From: an uncultured delta proteobacterium | GTDB taxonomy: Bacteria; Desulfobacterota; Zymogenia; Zymogenales; Zymogenaceae | Reading direction: 5' to 3' | Assembly: GCA_963792965.1 (NCBI GenBank) | Contig: CAWBYW010000016.1 | Location: 64,001-128,000, forward strand | Length of the DNA: 64,000 bases | Part shown: one piece after another, positions 62,201-64,000 of the stretch | Layout: each line of letters opens with the position of its first letter | How positions within the stretch are numbered: the first letter of the stretch is position 1 | Made by a program: the position numbers and the translations under genes | The notes under the pieces: model-generated | What the model was told of the DNA's origin: nothing | What the model saw: only the letters and a program-made list of their open reading frames with translations | The model's database searches: none

Positions 62201-62760
62201 AGGGCTTCTTTCGTCAGGCCCTCGGACGCCAGGAGTTTTCCTATCTTGATATATGCCTCGGTATAGTCAGGCTTGATGTCGACGGCCCGATTGTAGGCCT
62301 CAAGCGCCCCGTCGCGGTCGCCCGCGCCCGCCAGCGCATCGCCAAGGTAGTTGTAGGCAATGAACGAATCGCCGACGATATCGACGGCCTTTTTCAGCGG
62401 GTCCGTGGCCTCATCAAACCGTTTGTCCTCGAGGTAGGTCTTGCCGAGGTTGAAAAAAGCCTCGAAGAACTTCGGGTCAATGGTGACGGCCTCCCGGAAG
62501 GCCCGGGTAGCATTCTCGTGATCTCCCATCGCGAGGTAGACGAGTCCGATCTTATTCTCCGGGCGGGGATCACCGGGGGTGAGGCGGTAGGCGGTTTCAA
62601 ATTCCTTGAGGGCTTCCTGATACTCGGCGTTGTTCAGGTAAAAATCGCCCTGGCTCATGGCCGAGAGGAACTCGGTATCGTCGGTCTGGCCCACGAGAGG
62701 AGGGACTAGGGAAAGAAGAAGCATCACACACAAGGCGCACATCCAAACGGTTCGTTTCAT
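59238..62760 (-). CDS. very large exported TPR protein, ~1,170 aa (frameshifts near 61655 and 61170)
   Basis: signal peptide; three overlapping TPR ORFs (61576..62805, 60923..61624, 59238..60977) join into continuous repeats. Confidence 0.82.
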
Positions 62761-64000
62761 CTCTGTTCGCTCACAAAATCGCTTAAGAAAATAACGGTAG
62801 TCCATCCTATCGGGGAGCCCGACCCCATACCCTGTGCAAGATCGCGGACGGTCTGGGCATAGCCGTCAAGAAGAGGGGCCTTCCTGGACGCGGTAATCAT
62901 TCGAGACAGAAAAGGGGATACCTCGTCCGGGCGCGCCCCCCGGGGGATCAGCAGATAGGGTGCATCCTTCATGAAGGCCAGGTATTCTATCTGGAAAAAC
63001 TCCCCGGGAGCGGAGTCTTCGTCGATGTCCGATACAACGACGAGGGGTGCCTCCTGCTCCCACCACGCCCGGTCGCCCGGATGCGCGAGGAGGAGCACGG
63101 TTGGGGCTCCCACGCCCGTCTCTTTCGTGTCTGGGTCCGGGAGTCGCCTCACGTCCGTAAAGAGGTCTAATAATCCCTTGTCGACAGGGCCGGCGTCTCC
63201 GACGACGGTCACGCTATCCGGCATCGTCGGGAGGGCCTGAGGGATCATCGACCGGGGAGAAAGACAGGACGTAAGGAATACGGCGTATTCGGCCGCAAGC
63301 GGCACGAACGTCCCGTCCCCGGGACTATGCCCGAGGGCGTTGAGCGGAAGTGATGAAAGACGAGGCCCGGGAGATATCCCGAGCGTGGTGACGCCGTCGA
63401 GCTCCCCGATCAGAGGGGCAATCAGTATTGAGTAGAGGTGGTCCGATGCCGCGGCAAATGGGGGAAGCGCGGCCGCCGTCGACCCCTCGGGGGCGGGAGC
63501 GGCGACGGGGGGTGTGGAGATTTCCTTCTTTAGGTCCCGCACAAGCCCCGCGGCTTCCTCCTGTGTTGTCCCGAGTTTTACGACGGATGTCCCCCGTGAT
63601 GTGACCACGAATGCAAATGCGGCCTCCCCGTCAAAGTAGTAGTGGACGAAGGCCGCGCCGTTCGGCACGATCCGCGCAAGGTCGCCCGCGTCGGGCGGCC
63701 CGATGCCCATGAAGGCGGCAAGCCGAGGGGACCGCCGCGCGATCGAGGACACGGCGTCGGAAAGCGCCGCGTTTGCCTCATCGCGGCGTCGGATGATGTC
63801 CGTGCGCGAGGATTCGGCAAGCTTGGTGAAGTCACCCGACAAAAAGACCCCTTGGGCCGCGATCGCGCGCATCGCCGCGTCCCGAAAAAGGCCCACGAGC
63901 TCCGCGTCTGTTTTCTTCAGGACGGGTGGAGACTGAAAGATCCCTCGCGCCACCCACGATCCCTCGGACGAAATGAGGGCCTCAAGCCCCTCCCTCTCTT
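62757..64000 (-). CDS. C-terminal part of a CHAT-domain-like protein (start lies beyond the window)
   Basis: frame open to the window edge; FVHYY..AFAFVVT, LYSILIAPL, LGISP..L..LPLNAL, LVVVS, SPIGWTT. Confidence 0.7.
   Translation of the reverse strand, partial: EREGLEALISSEGSWVARGIFQSPPVLKKTDAELVGLFRDAAMRAIAAQGVFLSGDFTKLAESSRTDIIRRRDEANAALSDAVSSIARRSPRLAAFMGIGPPDAGDLARIVPNGAAFVHYYFDGEAAFAFVVTSRGTSVVKLGTTQEEAAGLVRDLKKEISTPPVAAPAPEGSTAAALPPFAAASDHLYSILIAPLIGELDGVTTLGISPGPRLSSLPLNALGHSPGDGTFVPLAAEYAVFLTSCLSPRSMIPQALPTMPDSVTVVGDAGPVDKGLLDLFTDVRRLPDPDTKETGVGAPTVLLLAHPGDRAWWEQEAPLVVVSDIDEDSAPGEFFQIEYLAFMKDAPYLLIPRGARPDEVSPFLSRMITASRKAPLLDGYAQTVRDLAQGMGSGSPIGWTTVIFLSDFVSEQR

Overview
GC-rich bacterial chromosome segment with Gram-negative, Desulfobacterota/'deltaproteobacterial'-like gene content (inferred from lpxC, DUF4390-ntrY-ntrX and many PAS hybrid kinases). 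Housekeeping loci: clpP-clpX-lon, tRNA-Val and tRNA-Asp, rarA, a DEAD-box helicase, lpxC, queH, rpsU, dNK-panBCD and a LonC-type protease. These alternate with signalling and uncharacterised genes. No integrase, transposase, prophage, rRNA or CRISPR array was seen. About 20 small indels break otherwise intact genes, most likely consensus errors; genes are reported as reconstructed. Strongest leads: (1) an AT-rich DUF3795 gene bracketed by two copies of a nested inverted-repeat doublet inside a purine-salvage operon (56297-56895), resembling a repeat-delimited cassette with no local recombinase; (2) a five-gene SPFH/zinc-ribbon membrane module (15128-19412); (3) a pan-type RNA stem that starts inside the dNK coding sequence and has a candidate antiterminator in its loop (37201-37483); (4) a frameshift-hidden secreted LecA/PA-IL-like lectin; (5) a catalytically degenerate CHAT domain coupled to a ~1,170-aa secreted TPR protein.
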